Positions 41,421 through 53,365 of a DNA stretch of 64,000 nt are shown here, piece after piece. Source of the DNA: Octopus vulgaris (taxonomy: Eukaryota); NCBI GenBank assembly GCA_951406725.2, contig OX597814.1:90892001-90956000 (forward strand). Reading direction: 5' to 3'. The number at the start of each line of letters is the position of its first letter. Within the stretch, counting starts at the first letter, position 1. Under the pieces are notes generated by a model. It ran no database searches. It was given only the letters and a program-made list of their open reading frames with translations, and was not told the origin of the DNA. The translations under genes were made by a program, and so were the position numbers.

Positions 41421-42215
41421 AGTCCAAGTATATTTTTAAGATGTTGGAGTAATTTATTTTACTACCTATTTTGAACATTTTTATGTAAACAGTTTAAACA
41501 CACAGACCCTTTCAACATTTTCTTATCATTGTCAAAGACTCTAGCACTGTTTCTTGATACAGTTATATTAGCCATTTATCAACACCACAAAGGCTACACA
41601 AAGCCTTCTATCTTACTTTTGAAAATCTTTGTTTTTAAAATGTGAAACCGGTCAAGTCAATAAACATATTTAAAATACATCTACATTTTCACATCCTCTT
41701 CTCTATACAAACACACACAAACACACACATATACACGCACACATAAAAATTTAAAGTATAATGATAAACATATAATTATAAATAAGGGCGAAGGAGGAAC
41801 GCTTGAAATAGATGTCAAACGACTACAAACGACTTCAATTAACGCTTTGTTTATCACAAGGCTGTATACCAAGGAAATGAACAACAAAAGGATTTAATAT
41901 TTTTATAAATATTTTTTCTCCATTTCCCCCGCAAAAAGCCGCATGATCAACGGAGTGCTAATTTAAGTGGTTTGTAGGCGTTTGACGTCCATTTCAAGAG
42001 TACAGTTGCACTCCCGCCGGCGTCCTTATTTATAACCATATATTTATTATTATACTTTGAATATCAGTTTAACTTATATGGATTTTTGTACGCTGGCCAC
42101 TGATAAATCATCAATTAATGACTATCCTAATTATGTAAGTATGTATGTATGTATGTATGTATATATATGTGTGTATGTGTGTGTGTATTTATATAAGTAT
42201 ATTTTATGCACATAC

Positions 42216-42257
<42 letters not shown>

Positions 42258-42270
42258 GTATGTGTATGAT

Positions 42271-42450
<180 letters not shown>

Positions 42451-42744
42451 ATACACACACATATATATATATATATATGAACAATGTAGGACACACATAA
42501 GATTTTGCTAGATTGTGCGTAGGCTATGCTTATAGGCGTAAAAGATTATATTCTGTTCAATGTGTCTGGTGTTCAAACACTGGGAAATCGTAGACAAGCG
42601 ATGTAACTCGCATCAGATTCCATTCAGGAGTAATTGACATCGATGTTTCTTCATTTTTGTGATTTCTCCATACCGTGTATCTGAATCAAGGCCCGATGTT
42701 TACTAAGTCGCTATCCATAGCTGCATACAAAAGTGTGTGATAAA

Positions 42745-42898
42745 CATCTGCTGGTATGTCCCAACGTTTCAGGAGAGATAGAGCTCGATATTTCGTTATT
42801 TTTGTGACTTGTCAATACCGCGTTCTCGAAAGGAGCTGTTTTTACCTGATACTTGAATTTTTCTCGTGGCATGAAACTTTGGGACATACCAGCAGATG
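42745..42898. repeat. 27 bp inverted repeat pair (MITE-like)
   Basis: CATCTGCTGGTATGTCCCAACGTTTCA ... TGAAACTTTGGGACATACCAGCAGATG, one mismatch, 100 bp spacer. Confidence 0.85.
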
Positions 42899-43882
42899 GT
42901 TCTTAAAATATTTTGCCCATAGTTTTAGTCAACGATTTAACTTAAATCGGATCTGTTGTAATTTGGAGATCTTAGTAACTCAAAACGTTACGAACATGTT
43001 TTTCAATAATGATTGCTGAGGTGTGGACTGCATTTTGAAAAGTCAAATGGTCGTAGACACTATACATCGCCTTCCTTATCCTCTTTCTCCTTTTCCTTCC
43101 CCTCCTCCTCTTCATCATCATCAAGAACACTACCAGCAAACCACAGCCGTCAAAATTATTCCCTCTGTCCCTCAAGTATAAAACACTATCATATCATTGA
43201 CATTTTTGCCATGGTCATTACCGCAACTATTGTAATCATCATGCTAACCAACATCACAATAAACCAACATTTACCATTAAAATAATAACAAGCATTAGAG
43301 CAGTCATCAGAAATTTATGATCACAATGAACATCATTGCAGTTTTTATCATCTTCATCACCACCACTCTATCTCAACACCGCAATAACGCCATCAATATT
43401 CTCAACAATACCATTGCCATCAGTGCTATATCAGTCATCTCCGACACTAACTTCCACATCATCATCGTCGTCGTCGTCGTCGTCGTCATCATCATCATCA
43501 TCATCATCATCACCACCATCTCCTTTTTAGTATTAACAGTAACTGCTGTCGGCATTACACTTATCCTCTTAATCAATTCTCTGACGCAATCTTTACTTGC
43601 AGTCTTCGATTCTAGAAGACCTTTCTCATTAAGTAAAATGATTATAATTTCTCATCGGCTTCGCTAAAATTATCTTCTCTTTTTTTATTCCCACAGCTCC
43701 CCTACCACAGTATGTGATTTCCCACGCTGCTCTTTTGTTAGTCTCTATTATTCGTAACAGATTTATCTTGTCTGTGAACTAAAACTATTTTGTTTCCTCC
43801 TGCTATTTTCAACGGAAAACTATATTTTTTTCGTCACCTGTTAATTTTACCTTTTCTCTATCTGGACTGGTCAAGAAGTATG

Positions 43883-44324
43883 CAGTAATACCTCGACTTC
43901 CAAAACGCCCGCGATAGGTGAAATTCCATGAAGTAAAACAGTACTGTATATTTTTAGTTGTAGTTATATAATTGGTATCTATTTATTTTATAAATGCAAA
44001 ACAACACCACACACTCGCCTCCAGAGTTTCGTCTTCCATACAGTATGTGCGATTCTTTGTTTACGGTGCATTATGTATTTTCTTATAATATATTTTAATT
44101 ATGTTATGCAGTGCAAGAGTGTACTGTATTTGTACTTAATAATTTATTAACTTTTAGGCGTGAATATGCTTATTTTATCACAGAAATAATTAAAATCTAG
44201 AAAATATAAATACCTATCGGCAGCTTAAACTCGCAATAAACCGTGGAGGCCACAATATAAATTTACATATATTTGCCAGAAAAATCCGTGATGTACTAAG
44301 CGCGCGATAGACGAGTGAATATTG
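43883..44324. mobile_element. pogo/Tigger-like non-autonomous DNA transposon
   Basis: Left CAGTAATACCTCGACT and right AGACGAGTGAATATTG|TA form imperfect CAGT-type TIRs, with repeated CGCGATAG subterminal motifs. Confidence 0.6.
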
Positions 44325-45046
44325 TATTCATATCATGTCTCCTCTTAACCATCCCTTCTATTCGACTGTTCCCTCGTCTTACTCCCAGCAGTTCCTCACT
44401 ACCCCACTCTGTTCCCTTTATATTTTAAACACACAAATTCCAAGAAAAAAACACACACATATAGAGATATATTCACATACTTCCCTTGTAAACGCACACA
44501 CATACACAACTATACTCACGCAGATTTGAAACGCTATTTAATTTTTCGTTTCATGATTATTGAAATTATTACACATCTCAATGTTATCTAATGGTTGTAT
44601 TTTGAGATGTGACATCGATCATCGTTTGTTACTGAAAGAACGCTGGTTCACACATATAAACGTTCACATACTTCCGTTGTACACGCACACATGTACACAA
44701 ATATATTCACACAGAATTGAAATTCTGCTTGATATTTCTTTTCAGCGTTGAATGTTTGCCATCCGACTTCCATTGCGCAGACAGACACACACATACACAC
44801 ACACACACACAAAATTCTACACACTCACACGCAGGCATACACACAAACATTCACATACCTCCCTTTCACATATAAACACATACACTCACATAGTTGAAAC
44901 GCTGTTTGATCTTCCCCCGTAGAATTTCCACCATCACTCTACCAGTTTGCCATACTGAGTTCTTTTTCATCTACCATCACCTTCCTTTCTCATTCATATG
45001 TTGTGACGGAGAAAAACAGAAGAGTATTATTATCGTAGAAGATACT

Positions 45047-45151
45047 CTTCTTCTTCTTCTTCTTCTTCTTCTTCTTCTTCTTCTTCTTCTTCTTCTTCTT
45101 CTTCTTCTTCTTCTTCTTCTTCTTCTTCTTCTTCTTCTTCTTCTTCTTCTT
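45047..45151. repeat. Perfect (CTT)n, ~35 units
   Basis: Read directly. Confidence 0.97.
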
Positions 45152-45556
45152 GGCAGAATTGTTACCGCGCCTGGTAAAATGTTTCGGATTTCGTTGTGTT
45201 TACGTTCTGAGTCCGAATTTCACCGAGGTCGAACTTGCCTTCCAGCCTTTCGGGGTCGATAAATTAGATATAATCGGCATTCCCCTCCCACAAAATTTCA
45301 GGCCTTGTGCCTTTAGTAGAAAGGTTTCCTATTGTTACAAAGACGGCGAGCAGGGTGAATCATTACCACGGCGTGGAAAATGCGCAGCGATATTTCGTTC
45401 GCGTTAACGTTCTGAGGTCCTATTCGGCCGAGGTAATCTTTGGAGTTTTAGCCCTTTAAAGTTGATAAAATAAGAACCAATTGAGTACGGGAGTTGATGT
45501 AATCGACTATACCCCTCCCCACAAATTCCAGGCTTTGTGCCTACAGTTGTAAGGAT
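45150..45556 (+). mobile_element. SINE family A, tandem dimer
   Basis: Two monomers (45150-45325 and 45340-45556), each with GTTCTGAG..CCGAGGT..CCTTT..GATAAA and the tail CCCTCCCCACAAA..CAGGC.TTGTGCCT. Confidence 0.85.
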
Positions 45557-45558
45557 TA

Positions 45559-45635
<77 letters not shown>

Positions 45636-45639
45636 GTTG

Positions 45640-45676
<37 letters not shown>

Positions 45677-45686
45677 CATCATCATC

Positions 45687-45742
<56 letters not shown>
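45557..45742. repeat. (ATT)n/(ATC)n microsatellite
   Basis: Read directly. Confidence 0.97.
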
Positions 45743-46207
45743 GGCCGTCAGCCTGTGAAATCATACATGGTGGAGCTCTGTAAATTGTGTTTAATCAAGT
45801 ATTGCGGCTGTTTGCAGCCTTTCCATTCAAAACTTTAATCAACAAGTATTTTACTTGCATTGTCTGGATCGTAGTGGGAACAGTTTGTGTAATTGCATCC
45901 CCTTTTTGAGGGTGTAACAATTGTTTAGCAGTTTTGCATTTTGGTGAAGACAGGATTTTGTTAATTTTTCCAATTTTAAAACAATGTCGGAATACAAAGA
46001 AATAATAATAATCGACCAAAAGCAGCGTTCTGTTGATAGAAAACAAACGCAGCCGAAGGTAAAGTAAATTTCTCGCCAAAGAGAAACATAATTTCATCTT
46101 GTTGCTATGACGACAGCAACAGGTGCAAAAGTACCAGCAGCAGCGATAATGAAAGGCGTTGACTACAGCAGCAGCAACAATGTGACAGCAGGAGCAGAAG
46201 CACACAC

Positions 46208-46332
46208 CCCCACCATCACCCCCCACCTCCACCACCACCACGACCACGACCACCACTACCACCACCACCACTACCACCACCACCACCACCACCACCACCA
46301 TCACCACCACCACCACCACCTCCACCACCACC
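46208..46332. repeat. (CCA)n microsatellite
   Basis: Read directly. Confidence 0.95.
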
Positions 46333-46404
46333 TCAAAAGCAATAACAAAACTGTATCAACAACAACAGCAACAAGATGTACAAGATCGCAAACAGGAAAA
46401 GTAA

Positions 46405-47270
46405 CATGAACAAGATTGAAAGCTGAGCGCTGTGAAAGTGTGATGACTTCAGCCGAATTTCAGGATACTCTTGTCGGTTGGATGAGGCACAAATCACCCG
46501 GTTTAGATGCTCTGAGCTATGAACTTACGTTAAAATGCGAGACTTGCTCATCGATCTCGAAGTGCTTTATTGCAACTGGTTGCAGAACGGGAGTATTTCC
46601 AATACTGTGAGCCGGGGAGTAGAGACGCTGATAAGGACAGACAGAAACAAGAGGGACACATTAAATAATTTTAGGCCCATAACGCTGCTTAACATTGAGT
46701 TTAAGATTTTGACCAAGGTTAGGGTTAGATTTGGCGTTGGCGCTTGTCGTCAAGGATATGGTTGGGGAAGAGCGAACCTCCTCAATCCTGATTAGATCCA
46801 TATACAACCTCCACCTCATGTGATACATCATAGAAACGGTAGGGTGTAAATCTGGCTTCGGTGGGGCGCTGATCAAGAATAAGAATTGGGATAAGAATTG
46901 GGAGGAGATGACGAGCAGGGTACCCAGTCTCACCTAAAAATGGGCGACGAGGAAGCTGTCACTGAAAAGTCGAGCGAATGGGGCGAATGCGTACACCGCG
47001 TCCGTTATTTACTACCGCTTGAACGTCGTATCTTGACCCCGTTCGCGCCTCACCAAGCTGGAGCGCGTCCTCTTCAAATTCTTGAAGACATACAGGTTCC
47101 ATTAGTGAGGCGGTACACATGCTACCAACACCCTCTATGCGGAGGGCTGAGCAAGCCGTGGTTATTAATGCTGCGGCATCTCTAGATATTCCGCTTAAAT
47201 GGTGAACAGGTGTGGTCGCTGTTTGTCAATAAGGCTTTTCCCCAGCTCGTCTCCATTACTGAGCTGTAAA
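46405..47270 (+). mobile_element. Tx1/L1-clade LINE ORF2 fragment with the RT core deleted
   Basis: KSPGLDALSYE; LNNFRPITLLNIEFKILTKV; RSIYNLHLM; then a jump to RKLSLKSR..YYRL..KLERVLFKFL and HPLCGGLSKP. Confidence 0.88.
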
Positions 47271-47289
47271 GAAGAGACCCAGGCAGTTT

Positions 47290-48160
47290 TGGCCTCTGAG
47301 GACAACCCCAACAGAATAAAATTTATGTCTAATAAATCTAAGATTAAGAATTCTATATACCAATGTAAAATTTCTTGCGGTACCGATGTCTATTTCTACA
47401 TTCATGCGTCCTCTTCCCATTTATCTAAGAGAATTTCCAATCATTATTCTTCATTTAGGGATAACAGTAAACGTTATAGCACAGGGCTAAGTAAATTGGT
47501 TTGGTATCTTAAAGACAACAATAAGGATTTTGTAACATTTGCAGGTCTAAACTCTTCCATATCCTCTTCTCTAAGGATCACCTTGTTAACACACTTATTG
47601 AGCGATCTTACAAATGTAAGCACTGGCAGAAACCTACCTTTAGCTCATATAAGTGATTTTACCAGTCTGTGTAGTTTGAACATTTTTTCAACCAATATAT
47701 CCATCTTTATTTGTTCTCTACTTATTAATTCTTTACACCTTCTCTTCCTAGGGTCTGCCTTTGACGCTCGGATCTACTAACGTTTTTTTTAAAGTACTTA
47801 ATAGCGTTCTCTTTATCATTTATGCAGTCATCAAAATTGTCATAATGTCTTGTTGTTGAGATTGTTTCTCCTTCTTTCCTGATGAGAATATTACGTTATT
47901 TTACACGGTTTATTCCTTTGGAATAAAACCAATGTTGCATTCGAAACATATGTCGGAAGTAAAAGAATTTGAATAACGCCTGCGTTCAACTCTATTTTTT
48001 TTTACTTATACTATACAACTTGCTGCACATTAACCCGGGGTTTCTACCTTTGAATAGGTCGCTACATCCTTGTTATTTGCGTGAATTTTGCTACCCTGGT
48101 AACTGTTTACTGAATTTACCATGTTAACGATAAACAAAGAATAATTCATTCGTCCATTTA
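47290..48160 (+). mobile_element. Penelope-like retroelement 3' fragment: GIY-YIG remnant plus terminal repeat
   Basis: NSIYQCKI..FYIHASSSHLSKRISNHYSSF..STGLSKLVWYLKD matches a PLE GIY-YIG. A hammerhead-bearing repeat follows and ends at a TA/CA tract. Confidence 0.88.
47874..47959 (+). ncRNA. Type I hammerhead ribozyme, canonical core
   Basis: CTTTC-CTGATGA-GAAT-(49 nt incl. hairpin GGTTTATTCC-TTT-GGAATAAAACC)-ATTC-GAAA-CATATG-TC-GGAAG; GUC site with C at 47954. Confidence 0.88.
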
Positions 48161-48429
48161 TACACACACACATGCACACACACACACATGCACACACACA
48201 CACACATGCACACACACATATACATATATACACATACACATACACACATATATATATAAATTGATATATTTGAGTATATACATACATATATACGGAATAT
48301 GTAAATATGTGCATATCCATAAACCAATATATAAATAAATATGGACATGCATATATATTTGCATGTATGTATGTATTTACGTATGCATGTATGTATGTGC
48401 ATATATGTGTGTTGGTGGGGATATGTGCC

Positions 48430-48467
<38 letters not shown>

Positions 48468-49053
48468 ATACTATGTATGATCTGAATTTAAGCTGAATTC
48501 GCGTTTCATCTTTTACAATTACTGAAGTTGAACCCAATCATATACACGATGTTTTTACACGACATTTCTTCACACATAATTCAACTCAGAACTTTATACT
48601 ACCTTCTATACAGAGATGTAATTAGAGAGTATTATGCAATGGAATAGCTGATAATATATCGTTCATTATTCGGCTTCTTTCATCCGAATCTGAATTTCAT
48701 ATCCACATCAATTGCAATCCGAACATATATGTTCCTGTTGATTCATGCTCCATATTACGCTATTTTTTCATACCTGAATTTCGACCTTGTTATTATACAA
48801 AGAAGCCCAATTGTGTATTTCTCACGCTAAATGTTATAAAGAAAGCCTATATTTCCAGCATCAAGTTGACGCTATATTTTTCATGCGTAACAGATTTCTA
48901 ACAAATCCGGTAATAATTAGTTACTTCTCTGAATGAAATACAAGTACATCAATTGGAGTAATATATACTTGTTACGTATGTAATACCAACGGACGAAAAT
49001 GAATGCCTTATCTACTTTTCAATACGCTTATTATCATTCTTTGATGTCAAATA

Positions 49054-49087
<34 letters not shown>

Positions 49088-49754
49088 GTACGTATGCGTA
49101 ATCACATTTTCACGTAGATATATATATATATATATGTGTATGTATATTCTGTATTAATTATATCAAAGTAATGAAACATGACATATGCAACAGCGTTCTG
49201 AGAATCAAGCATCCATACATGTGTTTATAGAACGATAAAATATCACCACGCGCATGCGTATATAATATCAGTACAAATGCTCATTGAGATCTTTCCTCTT
49301 CAAAACATTCACATTCAGGAATATCTAAATCTAAATCTGCGTTTGTGTTCACATATACGCATGCATGTGTGTGTGTGCGTGAGGGAGACAGGGAGGGAGG
49401 AAGGGAGGGAGAGAGAGAGAGTGGGACAGTGAGAGAAGAAATTGTTTATAATATACATTATAATTGTATATTTCGCTTTCCTCTGTGTATTAAACAGGTA
49501 AATAATCTCAGGAGTGTTTCCGTACTCCCCGATGAAATTGATAATTATTTTGACATATCTGGCCTTCCTTAAGTTACCATTGCCATCTTATACTTCACGT
49601 TTCAACTTCCCTAAATAGCAATTTGTATAGTTTTCCATGAAGTAATTAATACCGATTTCTCAATACATATCAAATTCTCGCAAATAAATCACATTCTGTC
49701 GCAGTCATAGACACGCACGTATGCTCATATATGTATGTATATATATTAAATACA

Positions 49755-50078
49755 AATAATTAAATGAAAAAAGTGACGTAGGAGGTACGATGCATACCCT
49801 ACGCGTACAAAAGGATAAAATAAAATTCAATTTAATAATCTCTGAGGAATTCAGATTTCAGCAAATGACATCGAGAGTTATTTCTCCTGCATATGCAAAA
49901 GGAAATTAAAAAAATATTTGATTCACCAAACCAAAATTTAATGAGTTGGAGCCACTCACCCAATGAGTATTCCTGCAAAATTTGGTGACAACCCGTTCAG
50001 CCGTTTTCTAGTAATTTTGCAAACATGCAAAGACGAGCGACTATAAATATCCTGCTCGCTTACCCGCACAGGGTAATA
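49755..50078 (+). mobile_element. Possible Helentron/HINE-like non-autonomous element
   Basis: CAAAATTTGGTGACAACCCGTTCAGCCGTTTTCTAG motif (cf. 33355-33400) and a terminal hairpin TTACCC-GCACA-GGGTAA. Confidence 0.45.
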
Positions 50079-50479
50079 AGTTATTTCGCTGACATTCAAA
50101 TCCGATGCATTCTCTAGGTAAGATTCATATCTAGAAATGAGTTACATGTAAATTCTATGTATCAGTTGGTATAACGGAATTATTGTGGACGTTGTGATTT
50201 AGATTACAAGCTTAGATATGATTAACGTAATCAAAATGCGATGATGCTACCGTTTCTATTATGGAAAGAGTGACGTTATACACACGCGCACACACAAACA
50301 CACACGTTTCCACACATATGTATTCGCACAAATATTCATATAAATATACGTATAAAAGAAGTATATACGTATATGTGTGTATATATGTGTATATGTATGA
50401 ATATATATGTATACTTATACAGATGCATAAATACATACACACACGCACGTACACACCCATAGACACACGCACACATATT

Positions 50480-51506
50480 TGCAAACTTCAGAATAAATTA
50501 TAATCTGAAGGAGCAAGGTCAGGATACTACGGTGAATGTCGAAACCTTTCCCAAATTGGCTTAGGACATGTGATTTCTGCGCTGTGAGGTCTAGGATTGT
50601 TATAATGGAAAATGACACACTGTCAATTGACTAGGTACCACCGTTTTTCAGTAAGTGCTTCATTTAATTTACGAATTTGTTCACAGTACGCTTGAGCTGT
50701 AATTTTCTGGTTTTGTGTCAAGGTTTCAAAATGTATTACACCAACCATTTCCACCAAACGCTTAACAAAGCTTTCCGAGAAGTAAGATCTTGTTTTCGAT
50801 GTGGTCTTGTTCTTCTTGTTGAAACCATTGACGTCGGCGTTAAATATTCTTACAGAGAATTCTTTCATCGCCGATCACTGGAGAGCTAAAAATCGGAATT
50901 TCTGTTTTTCGTGTGAATAAAATGCAATACAGATATTAGCACGTAATTTTCGATTGTTTACATTGAGTTCATATGGAACCCGCTTGCCAAGCTTAGACAC
51001 GGTCCCAATTTCTAGCAGATGGCAATGGGCAGTTGATGACGATGAACTAGCCTCTTCTGCTAACTCTTCATCAGTTGCATATGGATTTCTTTCAGTAGCG
51101 GCTTTCAAAACATCATTAGCAAAAGGAGACAGGGCACCTAGAGCAGCGAAAATCTATCTTGCTAAAGTCTCCTTGCTGAAATTTATGGAACCATCGTTGA
51201 CACTTGCGAATGTTCAAAACACTTTCACCACACACTTCTTGCAAATTTGTTACAGCATTTGATGCATTGCTGCCTTTTTTATACTCGTAAGGCGTGATGT
51301 TTCTAATGCGCTCTTTTATGACCTCCATGTTCACATGGGGCTGTTAAAACAACAGATTACTGTGTGTCTGCAAGCCAGTATCTATCTAACTGAAACATTC
51401 CTTACTGTCATATTTATACACCCATGAGAAAAAAAATCTTGTTTGAGTGTGTTAGAGCATGTTTCAAGTTTGGTCTGGAAAATGAAATTACGTATGGGAT
51501 AACCTG
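50480..51506 (-). mobile_element. Mariner transposon, near-complete transposase pseudogene with a 5' TIR
   Basis: MEVIKERIR..CQRWFHKFQQGDFS; KLGKRVPYEL (WVPHEL motif); GVIHFETL..ITAQAYCEQ; FHYNNPRPH; YPDLAPSDYNLF (YSPDLAPSDY motif). A TIR-like CAGGTTATCCCATACGTAATTTC lies at ~51484-51506. Confidence 0.93.
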
Positions 51507-53199
51507 CTTTTTCGACACAATTGGTCCTGCTCCCTGCTTCCTGACAAGACGCAAAAGATTTGTTATAAATTCCAAGGTGTTCCTGGCCTAATATCTCCAA
51601 TAAATTCTGGATAAACGAGCCATAGGTCTCTGCAAATAATAACTCTTTACTCGAATATGTTATGATACCTAAAGAATAACTGTAATATGAACATCATTAA
51701 ATTTATCTTCCTGCTGGTAATATTAAGTTAGCCATGACCTGGGCCAATTCTACTTTTCTAAGTATTCTAATTACTGTAAAGTAAGGGGTTAAGCTGACAG
51801 AGTTGGACACACATTTCTGCTTTATTTGACATCGGCATATACGTATATATGTTCTAGTATATATCTGTGTGTAGAGATACAAATAGTTTCTAAAAATAGT
51901 AAATATTCATTTATGTATTATTGTCTGTAAGCGTCGGTATTTCTGAGTGTACTTTCGGCAACCTATATACGCACATAACAACAGTTATTGAACATCTGGA
52001 AACCCATCCATTCTTTTCAAGTACACTAAAAATAATACATTATTTTCATCTCCGTTTCTATCTTCCCTTATCCACTATTCCTTTCAAACGGAATTGATAT
52101 TTTTCTCTTCCCTCCAAGACATCGTTTACTGTTCATCCTAACTAAATATAGATATAAAACCTTTAGTTAGTTCTTTGTTGTTAAGTAGTCTCTGAAATTC
52201 CTGATTAATACGGCTATGGTTTAAATCTCTAAAATCCTATATTGGATTTTATAATCTTACTAAAAGGTTCGATAAAGAAATGATAATCTTTAATTTGCAA
52301 ATGTTACGTTTAATAGGCTCATCGGAATCCACACAAATGCGTGCATACACTCACGAGTACATGCACAAAATAACTATTCCAACAAATAAGCACACTAATA
52401 TATGCTTGCATTCTACATTAAATACTGTCCCACTGTACTCCTTACACACATACTTACACATTTTCACCAAAAATCAGCAACGCAATCGAATACGTTTAAA
52501 ACTGAAAATGGGGACGGAAAAGTATGTATTAGCCATTTTGCGCCATCTCATCCAAACACGCATAACCCAAACGCACATCACTAATAACCTATGCATTTCC
52601 TTCATGTTTATCATTCCTATAAATCTCAGGGCGTATCAGTCTGAATATTCTTAGGCTGAAATTAAATCAATGATTAATATACGTTTTGCGATTACACACG
52701 CCCGCGCGCATCCACACATTCACTCACGAACTCACTCGAGTACACACAAAGAAGCGATTATAAAGCTACACATATATAACTCTATTGTAAAATCTCTCTT
52801 CTTTTAATTGTCCTAGTGCAAATATGTTATGTTTTTTAAAGGAGTTGAAATGTAATACCCACCGAGTCGGAAATGAAAGCATTTTTGAGTGCCATTATAT
52901 ATATCCTATAATTAGCCATTGTGCATCAAACCTATAAGATATATAAAAAAAATATCTTGGTGTAATTAAGTAAAGATCAGTTCTCTAAGAGATACATAAC
53001 TTGGCACTCATTCAAATTTGATACGCTCAGCCAAAGGTCGTGTATTATTACAATTATTAGCAAATTTATACAAGCAGATGATTACTCGCCTATATATCTA
53101 TACATATACACACTCACAGTGTAGTGGATACTCTGCCTAAACAAAAATTTGAGCCAAGTGTGAGCCAACTGCCGATAAAAATTTACTTCATATTCGTTA

Positions 53200-53365
53200 G
53201 ACATGTGTGTATCAATATTTCTGTGTCCCTTTCTGTTGAAGAGCGTAGGCTCGAAACGTAAAAGACTTTCTAACTTCCCGAGCGTTAAACTAATACATCT
53301 GATTGGTGTTTACACACCCGCCTTAGTCTTTAGTTTTGTTTTGTTTTTTTGTAAATTCCAAGAAT
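53200..53365 (+). mobile_element. Solo PLE terminal repeat with a minimal hammerhead-like motif (53229-53264)
   Basis: CTTT-CTGTTGA-A-GAGC-GTAG-GCTC-GAA-ACGT-A-AAAG, identical in core to 3007-3044, ending in a TA tract. Confidence 0.75.

Larger units (their letters stand above)
39115..41690 (-). mobile_element. Decayed PLE-like element with ~260 bp inverted terminal repeats and a long GT-rich interior
   Basis: ~39170-39415 is the reverse complement of ~41451-41690. A weak minus-strand remnant RLAQKQKKSF*FQKL (~40100-40160) resembles a GIY-YIG C-terminus. Both arms contain GAAACCGGTC. Confidence 0.6.
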
